From the NCBI GenBank assembly GCA_945872375.1, contig CAMBYR010000001.1, forward strand, positions 1 through 39,806: DNA of 39,806 bases, given 5' to 3'. This stretch comes from an uncultured Blautia sp. (lineage in GTDB: Bacteria; Bacillota; Clostridia; Lachnospirales; Lachnospiraceae). The stretch's first letter is position 1; each line of letters begins with the position of its first letter. Position numbers and translations under genes: made by a program. The notes under the pieces were generated by a model. The model was not told the DNA's origin. It was given only the letters and a program-made list of their open reading frames with translations, and did not search any database. Below are positions 10,759 to 19,350 of the stretch, piece after piece.

Positions 10759-11852
10759 CAGCTTTACTGGAATTAAAACAGAAAATCAAACGGATTTACG
10801 GAAAGTACGAAATGTATTTTCTGCCTGTGTTCAAATTTGCACTGGCATTTTTATATTTCACATGGATCAATGAGAAGCTGGGATTTATGGCACAGTTAAA
10901 CAATGTTTTTGTGGTGCTGATCCTATCCCTGATCTGTTGTATCCTTCCCTCCGGAGTCATGGTGTTTACCGGATTTGTTCTGATGATAGGACACTGCTAC
11001 GGACTTGGGATCGATGTGGCGGCATTTATGCTGGTACTGATTCTGTTTATGCTGATTCTTTTTTTGAGATTCAGTGCGGGAAATAATATTGTACTGGTGT
11101 TTACACCGCTTTCCTTTACCTTTAATGTACCTGCGCTGCTTCCCATTGGAGCAGGACTTCTTGGAAATGCATTTTCCGCTTTTCCGGCAGGCTGCGGTGT
11201 GGTGATCTATTATTTTATCCGTTTTCTGAGAGCAAACGCAGAAACCTTCCGGAATCCGGATATTGAGATCCTGGATCGTCTGACCATGATGGCAGACGGA
11301 CTGGTGACCAACTGGGGAATGTGGCTCACAGTGGTAGTCTTCATTGTGGTTACCCTTCTGGTAAACCTCATTCGTACCCGTTCCTTTGATTATGCATGGA
11401 GGATCGCCATTATCCTGGGCGGTGTCAGCTATGTGGTTATGGTACTGGCCGGAAGTTATTATCTGGGCGGAACAGTGAATGTAACAGCTCAGGTCGGATA
11501 TACGGCACTTTGTATTGTGATCGGACTGATTCTGGAATTTTTCGTGTTCGGCGGTGATTATACAAGAACAGAGCGCCTTGAATATGAGGACGATGAGTAT
11601 TATTATTATGTAAAGGCGGTTCCAAAGGCTTATGTAACATCGTCTGAGAGAAGCATTAAAAAGATCAGCGGTTCTTCCCGGAATGACCGGAAGCATGAGG
11701 ATGCTGAGAGTCGTCAGGAAAAGGATGCATCGGAAAAGAAAGCGCGAAAAGAGAAAAAGAAAACCTCCGGAACAGCGCCCGTGATGCAGACAGAAGAAAC
11801 GGACAGCATTGATTTTGAGAAAAAACTGGAGGAATCTCTGAAAGATCTTTGA
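10755..11852 (+). CDS. Hypothetical polytopic membrane protein with a charged C-terminal tail
   Basis: RBS AGGAGG, about 8-9 hydrophobic segments, then EYEDDEYYYYVKAVPK and a charged tail. Confidence 0.8.
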   Translation: MTALLELKQKIKRIYGKYEMYFLPVFKFALAFLYFTWINEKLGFMAQLNNVFVVLILSLICCILPSGVMVFTGFVLMIGHCYGLGIDVAAFMLVLILFMLILFLRFSAGNNIVLVFTPLSFTFNVPALLPIGAGLLGNAFSAFPAGCGVVIYYFIRFLRANAETFRNPDIEILDRLTMMADGLVTNWGMWLTVVVFIVVTLLVNLIRTRSFDYAWRIAIILGGVSYVVMVLAGSYYLGGTVNVTAQVGYTALCIVIGLILEFFVFGGDYTRTERLEYEDDEYYYYVKAVPKAYVTSSERSIKKISGSSRNDRKHEDAESRQEKDASEKKARKEKKKTSGTAPVMQTEETDSIDFEKKLEESLKDL

Positions 11853-11876
11853 GTATAAAATGGAAAGGAGGACCTT

Positions 11877-12761
11877 ATGCCGGGCATTGAAGATTTAGTG
11901 GTCAGATATCTGTCAAAAATCTCGTTCCCTCATATCGGAGTGATCGATGTGCTGGAAATTGCACTGATTTCGGTTTTTGTATATCAGTTTGTTGTCTGGA
12001 TAAAATATACAAGAGCGTATACTCTGCTGAAGGGTATCCTGATTGTACTGGTGTTTCTCCTGATTGCATACATTTTGAAAATGAATACGATCCTGTGGAT
12101 CGTTGCCAACCTGGCTCAGGTAATGATCATCGGAGTGGTAATTATCTTCCAGCCGGAGCTGAGACGTGCGCTGGAACAGCTGGGACAGAAAAACATCGTG
12201 GCGGCCATCATCCCGTTTGATACGGGAAAGGAAGTAAAGGAACGCTTTACGGATAAAACGATCAATGAGCTGATCAAAGCGTGCTTTGATATGGGTGAGG
12301 TCCGGACCGGTGCGCTGATCGTCATTGAGCAGGATATTATGCTGGGAGATTATGAACGAACCGGTATTACACTGGATGCCGTTCTTACCAGCCAGCTTTT
12401 GATCAACATTTTTGAACACAACACACCTCTGCACGACGGAGCGGTGATCGTCCGCGGCAATCGTATCGTATCTGCGACCTGCTACCTGCCTCTTTCAGAC
12501 AATATGGAGCTCAGCAAGCAGCTTGGAACGAGACACAGAGCCGGTGTGGGAATCAGCGAAGTGACAGATTCGGTGACGATCATTGTTTCAGAAGAAACAG
12601 GACAGGTGTCTGTGGCAAAGGACGGACGTCTGCTGCGAAATGTGGACAGTACCCGTCTGAGAGAGATTCTGGTAGAGACCCAGAATAAAAAGATTGTTGA
12701 AAACGGTAAACTGCGCAATCTGCTGAAAGGAAGAGTGAAACATGAAGAGAAAGCTCACTGA
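11877..12761 (+). CDS. cdaA: Diadenylate cyclase CdaA (DacA)
   Basis: Three N-terminal TMs, IFQPELRRALEQLG, and the DAC motifs LHDGA and GTRHRA. Confidence 0.96.
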   Translation: MPGIEDLVVRYLSKISFPHIGVIDVLEIALISVFVYQFVVWIKYTRAYTLLKGILIVLVFLLIAYILKMNTILWIVANLAQVMIIGVVIIFQPELRRALEQLGQKNIVAAIIPFDTGKEVKERFTDKTINELIKACFDMGEVRTGALIVIEQDIMLGDYERTGITLDAVLTSQLLINIFEHNTPLHDGAVIVRGNRIVSATCYLPLSDNMELSKQLGTRHRAGVGISEVTDSVTIIVSEETGQVSVAKDGRLLRNVDSTRLREILVETQNKKIVENGKLRNLLKGRVKHEEKAH

Positions 12762-14028
12762 AAATATTTCTCTGAAGATCCTGTCTGTCGTGGTTGCGAT
12801 TCTGGTTTGGCTGATCGTGGTAAACGTGGATAATCCCGTCGGAACTCGTCAGTTTGTGCTGGACAGTGTGGACCTGATCAATCAGGCATACATTGATCAG
12901 GACGGCAAGATGTGTCTTCCGGACGCCGATCAGGGCTCCGTAAGGGTTTATATTACAGGTGCCAGAAAAACACTGGAAAAGATCAAGGCTGCGGACATCC
13001 ATGCAGTAGCGGATCTTCAGCAGGCAGTCAGCCTGAATACCAGTCCGGTGATGGTTCCCATTACCGTCACCTGTGATGGAATATCGGCAAGCAACATCGA
13101 AGTTGTGCCCGGCAATTTTGCTGTTTACCTTCAGGAAAAGGAAACAAAGGAATTTGCCGTCAGCGTGACAAGCGGTGACAGCAGGCCGGCCCGCGGATAT
13201 GAGATCGGAAGCATTACTTCCAACCCGGAGAAAATAAAAATTACAGGTCCGAAGACTCTGATCAGTAAAATTGATACAGTAACTGCCGCCATCAATGTGG
13301 AAGGGCAGAATGAAGATGTGGTACAGGAATCCTCACTGGTGATCTATGATAAAAACGGCGATCCACTTACAGAGACGAGGATGAGCTATCTGAACCTTGT
13401 ATCAATAGTCACCGTGACGGCAAAGCTCTGGAATGTACGGACTAATGTGAAGCTGGCTGCGGACTGCTCGGGAAATCCGGCAGAAGGATATCAGGTTGAC
13501 AGTATCACAAAGGTACCGGATACCATCAGCGTGGCGGGCAGCAGGGATGCACTGGCATCGCTGGAAGAAAAAGGGAATGAGATCTGTATTCCTGCGGAAT
13601 ACATTGATATATCCGGAGCATCCTCCGATGTGGAAGTCAAGGTAAATATTACCCAGCTTCTGCCGGATGGGCTGAAGCTCCCTTCGGGATCCAGCGAGGA
13701 TGTCTGGGTAAGAGTCAATATACTGCCGGAAGGCAGCCATGCGTTTGCTTTTTCCACACAGAATATCAAGGTGGAGAATCAGCCGGAAAATATGCAGGTA
13801 ACCTTTGGAACAGACAAGATTGAGATCCGTATCAAAGGGGAAGAACTTCCTGATAATCTGGCGGATCTGAAGGACCTTCAGGTTTCTGTGGATCTGACAG
13901 GAAAAGAAGCAGGAAACTATGAACTTCCTGTAAAGATCAGCCTGCCGGAGGAATATGAGCTGGTGGAGGCTGTTACGGCGGAAGTACAGATTTCAGAAAT
14001 ATCAACTGTGGAAAGCAGTGAAGAATAG
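12742..14028 (+). CDS. cdaR: CdaR (YbbR-domain) regulator of CdaA
   Basis: N-terminal TM (KILSVVVAILVWLIV), repeated YbbR-like beta domains, overlaps cdaA. Confidence 0.9.
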   Translation: MKRKLTENISLKILSVVVAILVWLIVVNVDNPVGTRQFVLDSVDLINQAYIDQDGKMCLPDADQGSVRVYITGARKTLEKIKAADIHAVADLQQAVSLNTSPVMVPITVTCDGISASNIEVVPGNFAVYLQEKETKEFAVSVTSGDSRPARGYEIGSITSNPEKIKITGPKTLISKIDTVTAAINVEGQNEDVVQESSLVIYDKNGDPLTETRMSYLNLVSIVTVTAKLWNVRTNVKLAADCSGNPAEGYQVDSITKVPDTISVAGSRDALASLEEKGNEICIPAEYIDISGASSDVEVKVNITQLLPDGLKLPSGSSEDVWVRVNILPEGSHAFAFSTQNIKVENQPENMQVTFGTDKIEIRIKGEELPDNLADLKDLQVSVDLTGKEAGNYELPVKISLPEEYELVEAVTAEVQISEISTVESSEE

Positions 14029-14039
14029 GAGGCGGCAGT

Positions 14040-14303
14040 ATGGTAAGTCAAAAAGTAAAGGTTGTGAATCCAACAGGTCTGCACCTGAGACCGGCAGGTA
14101 TTTTATGTAAGGAAGCGATGAAATTTAAATCTCTGATTACATTTTCTTTTGATGGCTGTACGGCCAATGCCAAAAGTGTCCTCAGTGTATTGGGGGCTTG
14201 TGTGAAATGCGGAGATGAAATCGAGCTTACCTGTGAGGGAAGCGACGAAAAGGAAGCACTGGAAGCCCTGACGGCAGCAATTCGGGGCGGCCTTGGAGAA
14301 TAA
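14040..14303 (+). CDS. ptsH: HPr-family phosphocarrier protein
   Basis: GLHLRPA (His15) and NAKSVLSVL (Ser46 site), 87 aa. It may be a paralog rather than the main ptsH. Confidence 0.9.
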   Translation: MVSQKVKVVNPTGLHLRPAGILCKEAMKFKSLITFSFDGCTANAKSVLSVLGACVKCGDEIELTCEGSDEKEALEALTAAIRGGLGE

Positions 14304-14330
14304 ATGATTAAGAGATAAGGAGGAGAAATT

Positions 14331-17075
14331 GTGAAAAAGAAATTTGTTGCGATGCTGCTGAGTATTACGATGTGCCTGACGATGGTCGGCCAGGCGGGAG
14401 CAGCCGTATTTGAGGATGCAGAAGCTGCAGAGGGGGCTGCTGCCGCAGTCCTGGATGTGGATGCAGGTGCTCCGGCAGCAGATATGTTTGAGACACAGGC
14501 CGGTGTTCAGGAGGCGGAAATTCCCAATACTCCTGCAGCCGCATCGGAAAATGTATTTCAGGATGCCCCGGAGGATGTAATCATCATTACGCCTGTGCCG
14601 GAAGAACAGGAAGCACCGTCTCAGGACACGGAAATTTTCAGCTCTGAAGAGGAATTGGTATCGACTGAAGCTCCGGATGAGTCTGCGGAGGAAGTGCCGG
14701 CAGATCATGCTCTTCTTGAAGCGGCCGATGGAAAGATTTTTCTTGCCTACTGGAGATATGATACTGCAAAGAAAAAATGGAAACTTCGAAAACCTGTCAC
14801 TGTATCTGCAGCTCTCCTGAATGCGTCCGGAGAGCAGGAGACCGAAGAGATTTCCGAGGAGCCTGTTTTCGGAGAGGCCGGAATTGCAGAAGTTACGGAA
14901 ATCGAGCCTATGACAGCAGATGCCTTTGAGTCTGTGGAGATATCAGAGACTCTGTTTTCTTCCGCGTCAGACGAGATGACGGCAGAGGAGGCCCCGGAGA
15001 CAGAAGCAGAATCTGTTCCGGCAGAGGAAACAGCACCGGAAGCGGTCAGTGCGGAAGAACAGCTTCTGCAGGCAGTGCCGGAGGAATATTACACAGCAGA
15101 AGACGGCGTGGTACATATTCGTGTTTATCAGAGCGTCAGCTCCGATAAAATTGTGACAGAAGGAGACTATCTCTTTGATGCAGAAGGATATCTGATTACA
15201 GGAGCATACGAAGTTCCGGCAGGAACAAAGGGCTCTCCTGTTTCTGCAGCAGATGCAGAATTCTTCTTTATGAATCAGGAAAATGCCGTACCGTTTGTCA
15301 GCGGATCCACAGCGGAGCGCAGCCCTGCCAATTCCAATATGGGACAGCTTCAGAAGGATTACTGGTACTGGACCGGAAAACTGTTCCGCTACTATGCAAA
15401 GGATACGGGTGCATACACGACGGTAAGACAGCTGATGGCAGCAGCCCAGAAGGCAGGTACCTTTACCGGTGTTTACACCATTAATGGCGAAAAATATGTA
15501 CTGAGTTCTTCCGGAACTCCGCGTGTTGGAGATGTCCGTGTGACGATCAATGGCGTTAAGAACTATTATTACGGACTTCCGGCTACGGAATCCGGACAGA
15601 TTCCCGGACGGCTGTTCCATTCCGGATGGATGAAGACCATCCAGTCAAACGGTCTGGAAAGATGGAGAAAATACGATGACAATGGCCTGTTCATTGATCA
15701 GGGCGGAAATTATGTGACAAAGCTGGATAAGAATGTGGATCCCAATGTGGGCAGCTATACCTATTTCCTTTCCCGCAGCGGATATATTCTGAAAAGCAGA
15801 ATGACAAAGGCTGCTGACGGCTATATTTATGCAACTGATGCAAAGGGACGGATCTACAAAGACAAAGTCGTAAAATATCAGGGTTACAGATACTACATGG
15901 ATAAATACGGACGCCGTTCCCGCTGGAGAAACTGCTGGAAGAGACTCTCCTGTGCCGGAAACCGTTATTATTATTTCGGTGCGGTACGCGGAAGAATCGA
16001 AGAGCAGTCAGGCTGGAAGCGGATCGTTCTTACAAACGGAACTGTAGAAGGCTGGTATTATTTCCCGGCAAGCGGAAATCATTATAAAAATGTTCTTCTG
16101 AAATCGGGACGCTTTATTCTGGAATCAGGAGCACTTTACAGCGGTATCGGATATGTAAACGGCAAAACCTATTTCTTTGCCGGTTCCGGTGCAGATGCTC
16201 CCGGCGGTGTGATGTACAAGAGCACCTGGATCCATTTTATGGATAAATGGTATTATGCAGGCAGCGACGGAGCCCTTTACCAGAATGGTTGGGGATATAT
16301 CGACGGCGGATATTATTACTTTAACAGTGATTTTACCGTACTGACAAATCAGCCGGTAACAAAGGACGGCGTAGCAGGCTATGTGGACAGCAGGGGTACC
16401 TTCTGTAAGGCCGGATGGCTGGTAGTAAGCAGTGCAAACAATCTGGTAAAATATATTGATCCTGCCACAGGACCGGTGGTAAATACCTCTAAGGTCATCA
16501 ATGGACAGAGATTCTATTTCGATGCAAACGGTTACCGGATCAATGATGTAAGCAATATCGTCGGAGGTCCTTACTATCTGGAAGTTGACCGTGTGAACGG
16601 TGTCATCAATGTATACAATAACTCTTCTAAGAGTATTCCGGTGAAGTCCGTAAGATGCTCGGTTGGTCTTCCGGGAACTCCTACCTGGCCTACCAATCGT
16701 ACGCTGGTGCTTACAAGAGCCCTCAGATGGCAGCCTCTTATGGGACCGTCCTGGGGTCAGTATGCGACTCATATTGATGGAGCCGGCAATGGCGGTATTT
16801 ATATTCATTCCGTAGCCGGAGGAACAAGAAGCTACTATAACCTTCCCGCAGGAGAATACAATAAGCTTGGAAGTCCTGCATCCCATGGATGTGTCCGTGT
16901 CTGCGTGGCAGATGCAAGATGGATCTACTACAACTGCAATAAGAGCACGGTGAAGATCATCGATGGCGCTTATGTATCTGACGAAGCGTTTAAAGGTCCG
17001 CTGGGACGTCCGGCACGGGTTCCTCTTTACGGAAGCTGCAATTTCGACCCAACAGACAATCTTGCATGGCATTAA
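14331..17075 (+). CDS. Secreted L,D-transpeptidase (YkuD domain) with an acidic linker and cell-wall-binding repeats
   Basis: Signal peptide, Glu/Ala-rich region, aromatic YYF/WYY repeats, and C-terminal YIHSV...LGSPASHGCVRV (catalytic His and Cys). Confidence 0.9.
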   Translation: MKKKFVAMLLSITMCLTMVGQAGAAVFEDAEAAEGAAAAVLDVDAGAPAADMFETQAGVQEAEIPNTPAAASENVFQDAPEDVIIITPVPEEQEAPSQDTEIFSSEEELVSTEAPDESAEEVPADHALLEAADGKIFLAYWRYDTAKKKWKLRKPVTVSAALLNASGEQETEEISEEPVFGEAGIAEVTEIEPMTADAFESVEISETLFSSASDEMTAEEAPETEAESVPAEETAPEAVSAEEQLLQAVPEEYYTAEDGVVHIRVYQSVSSDKIVTEGDYLFDAEGYLITGAYEVPAGTKGSPVSAADAEFFFMNQENAVPFVSGSTAERSPANSNMGQLQKDYWYWTGKLFRYYAKDTGAYTTVRQLMAAAQKAGTFTGVYTINGEKYVLSSSGTPRVGDVRVTINGVKNYYYGLPATESGQIPGRLFHSGWMKTIQSNGLERWRKYDDNGLFIDQGGNYVTKLDKNVDPNVGSYTYFLSRSGYILKSRMTKAADGYIYATDAKGRIYKDKVVKYQGYRYYMDKYGRRSRWRNCWKRLSCAGNRYYYFGAVRGRIEEQSGWKRIVLTNGTVEGWYYFPASGNHYKNVLLKSGRFILESGALYSGIGYVNGKTYFFAGSGADAPGGVMYKSTWIHFMDKWYYAGSDGALYQNGWGYIDGGYYYFNSDFTVLTNQPVTKDGVAGYVDSRGTFCKAGWLVVSSANNLVKYIDPATGPVVNTSKVINGQRFYFDANGYRINDVSNIVGGPYYLEVDRVNGVINVYNNSSKSIPVKSVRCSVGLPGTPTWPTNRTLVLTRALRWQPLMGPSWGQYATHIDGAGNGGIYIHSVAGGTRSYYNLPAGEYNKLGSPASHGCVRVCVADARWIYYNCNKSTVKIIDGAYVSDEAFKGPLGRPARVPLYGSCNFDPTDNLAWH

Positions 17076-17082
17076 ATGTTAC

Positions 17083-17117
17083 AAGAGTTCTCCGGAATTT
17101 CCCGGGGAACTCTTTTT
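17083..17117 (+). terminator. Intrinsic terminator of the L,D-transpeptidase gene
   Basis: AAGAGTTCTCCGG/CCGGGGAACTCTT stem followed by TTT, just after the stop codon. Confidence 0.85.
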
Positions 17118-17141
17118 AATGAAATTACGAAACTAAATTTC

Positions 17142-17170
17142 TTGCATTTCCTATATATGATATGTATAAT
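17142..17170 (+). promoter_or_regulatory. Sigma-A promoter driving the GH25 leader
   Basis: TTGCAT (17142-17147), 17-bp spacer, TATAAT (17165-17170). Confidence 0.75.
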
Positions 17171-17317
17171 GTGGAATGTAATAAAAAAGTAACATTTTAA
17201 TAAAAGTCCTGGACAGCAGCCATGTGATGGAGCATGCCTGCATGCGCAGGCACATGGATATTGGACAGGCAAACCTGTATGAGCAAGTAAGCCGACAGGC
17301 TGGATTGCGAATACAGG

Positions 17318-17362
17318 TTGTGATTGCGGGAGCATGAAATGCGGAGCAATCAACTTTTATTA
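17318..17362 (+). terminator. Possible terminator/attenuator hairpin inside the GH25 leader
   Basis: TGATTGC...GCAT-GAA-ATGC...GCAATCA interrupted stem, followed by ACTTTTATT. Confidence 0.4.
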
Positions 17363-17366
17363 ATTG

Positions 17367-17394
17367 GTAATGTCTGCGGCAGCAGACATATCCG
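17367..17394 (+). repeat. REP-like palindrome GTAA-TGTCTGC-N4-GCAGACA-TATCCG
   Basis: Perfect 8-bp stem ATGTCTGC/GCAGACAT; 24/28 identical to the reverse complement of 19294-19321. Confidence 0.8.
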
Positions 17395-17489
17395 AAAAGT
17401 CCTGGACAGCAGCCATGTGATGGAGCATGCCTGCATGCGCAGGCACATGGATATTGGACAGGCAAACCTGTAAAAATCGAGGGAGAGTA

Positions 17490-19262
17490 ATGAAAAAAAA
17501 CAGAAGTAAAAACAGCAGCCGCGTCGTTTTATTTTTTCTGGCTTTGTTGACGGCTTTACTGGTTTCGGTATGTAATGTATATGCCTATGACCGGTGGGGG
17601 GCCGTTGCACCGGAGGAACTGGAAGCATATCAGTCAGGATTGTTGAGATCCGCTCCGGTCAGCCCAAATGCGTGGCAGAAGATCGATGGGGTATGCTATA
17701 ATGGAAGCGGAGAGGCGATTCCTGGAGCCATCACCAGAGGAATCGATGTATCAGAATGGCAGGGAGACATCGACTGGGTAAAGGTAAAAAATTCCGGAAT
17801 TGATTTTGCATTTATCCGCGTGGCGTATGGGCTGAATTATCTGGATCAAACCTATGACCAGAATATGAGAGATGCAGATGCAGCCGGCATTCCTGTAGGA
17901 ACCTATATCTACAGTACTGCATTGACAACGGAAGGCGCATTGAAAGAGGCAAATCTTGTTATTGACAAAATGAGAGGTTATAAGGTATCCTATCCCGTAG
18001 TATTCGACCTGGAATATTCCAGAATGGAAGAACTTTCACCGAACAGCGTGGCGCAGATGGCCAAAGTATTCTGCGATACCGTGAGGGCAGCCGGATACTA
18101 TCCGATGGTTTACTGTAATGCCTACTGGTACTCTGAGAAAATCGACTGGTCTCTGCTTGGCGGAGTGGATGTGTGGATTGCCAGATATGGAGATACGATT
18201 CCCGCACCGGATGCTTCCCAGTACAGATATCAGATCTGGCAGTCAACAGATGGTGACGGAGGCGGAATCCTGAACCCCACAAAAGGACTTGTGGATGGGA
18301 TTGCTCTTACGAATAATGTGGATGTGAACTTTGGATTTGTGGATTATACAAAAATTATCAAACCTCGTACACAGCCGCTGGATACCGCAAACAAAAACGG
18401 ATGGGCGTATGAAAATGGAAATACATATTATTATGTGAACAATCAGAAGGTCACCGGCTGGAGAAAAATTGATGGAAAATATTATTTCTTCCACAGAACC
18501 ACAGGCTCTCTGTATCGGGACAGACTGTTTGTTTCCAGTGATAAGACCATTCGTTATGTGGATGAAACCGGAGCAAAAGTTTGCAGACAATGGGTTGACT
18601 ATAATGGCAAACGATATTATATTGGTGCTAACGGATGTGGAGTAAAGGGCCTGTATAAAATAAGCGGCAAAACCTATTATTTCCATCCCACCAGCGGATA
18701 CATGCTCACAGGCTGGCAGAAGATAGACGGAAAGTATTACTTCTTTAACAAGACTACTGGCGCGATGTACACCAGCAAAATGTTCAGATCCAGTTCCGGG
18801 AAAATGTGTTATGTGGATGAAACAGGAGCAAAAGTGTACGGTCGGTGGGTAGAGTGGAGTAAGAAGCGTTATTACATCACGGCCAAAGGCTATGCCGCAA
18901 AAGGATTTTACACGATTGATGGAAAATGTTATTATTTCCATCCGGATCTGGGATATCTCTGTACCAATCAGCGAGTGGTGTCCAGTGCCGGATCCATCTT
19001 CTATGTGGGAGAAGACGGCGCAAGACTGACAAACGGGATGTATACCGTTACCGTCAACGGAAACCAGGTTACATACTATTTTGATAAGCTGGGACATGCT
19101 TATAAGGGTTGGCTGAAGCTTGACGGAAAGAGATATTATTTTTACGGAGGAACTTCACTGAAAGCAGGGACCCGTGCAGAAAATACAAAGTTAACAAGTT
19201 CCGGCGGATACATCTATGTGTTTGACAAAGACGGTGTTTATGTGAAACGTTATAAAGCGTAA
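17490..19262 (+). CDS. GH25 muramidase (lysozyme/autolysin) with C-terminal cell-wall-binding repeats
   Basis: Signal peptide from ATG 17490 (RBS GAGGGAG), GIDVSEWQG, YPVVFDLE (DxE), WIARY, WQST, VDVN, then YYF repeats. Confidence 0.92.
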   Translation: MKKNRSKNSSRVVLFFLALLTALLVSVCNVYAYDRWGAVAPEELEAYQSGLLRSAPVSPNAWQKIDGVCYNGSGEAIPGAITRGIDVSEWQGDIDWVKVKNSGIDFAFIRVAYGLNYLDQTYDQNMRDADAAGIPVGTYIYSTALTTEGALKEANLVIDKMRGYKVSYPVVFDLEYSRMEELSPNSVAQMAKVFCDTVRAAGYYPMVYCNAYWYSEKIDWSLLGGVDVWIARYGDTIPAPDASQYRYQIWQSTDGDGGGILNPTKGLVDGIALTNNVDVNFGFVDYTKIIKPRTQPLDTANKNGWAYENGNTYYYVNNQKVTGWRKIDGKYYFFHRTTGSLYRDRLFVSSDKTIRYVDETGAKVCRQWVDYNGKRYYIGANGCGVKGLYKISGKTYYFHPTSGYMLTGWQKIDGKYYFFNKTTGAMYTSKMFRSSSGKMCYVDETGAKVYGRWVEWSKKRYYITAKGYAAKGFYTIDGKCYYFHPDLGYLCTNQRVVSSAGSIFYVGEDGARLTNGMYTVTVNGNQVTYYFDKLGHAYKGWLKLDGKRYYFYGGTSLKAGTRAENTKLTSSGGYIYVFDKDGVYVKRYKA

Positions 19263-19293
19263 AGAAGTAACTGCCATAAGGCTTTTTTCTGAA

Positions 19294-19321
19294 CGGACAT
19301 GTCTGCAGATGCAGACATTAC
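19294..19321 (-). repeat. Second REP-like palindrome copy, inverted relative to 17367-17394
   Basis: Reverse complement reads GTAATGTCTGCATCTGCAGACATGTCCG. Confidence 0.8.
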
Positions 19322-19350
19322 ATAAATGAAAAACAATAAAGGAGAACGAT

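Larger units (their letters stand above)
17202..17472 (+). repeat. Exact 78-bp direct repeat (17202-17279 and 17395-17472, offset 193 bp)
   Basis: AAAAGTCCTGGACAGC...GGCAAACCTGTA is identical in both copies. Confidence 0.97.

Noticed and set aside
17260-17320. GGCAAACC suggesting a c-di-GMP-I riboswitch, or a c-di-AMP riboswitch given nearby cdaA
   Set aside because: The GAAA tetraloop, GCAAA junction and receptor of c-di-GMP-I are missing, as are the GCTGAATC/GGGGTGAA/GTCAGCTAAC elements of ydaO.
17202-17472. Possible CRISPR array
   Set aside because: Only two units; the 78-bp repeat and 115-bp spacer are outside CRISPR ranges, and there are no cas genes.
17072-17628. Small minus-strand ORFs with duplicated Cys-rich peptides, and the 17427 start for GH25
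   Set aside because: They are translations of the DNA repeat with no RBS. The signal peptide and RBS support ATG 17490.
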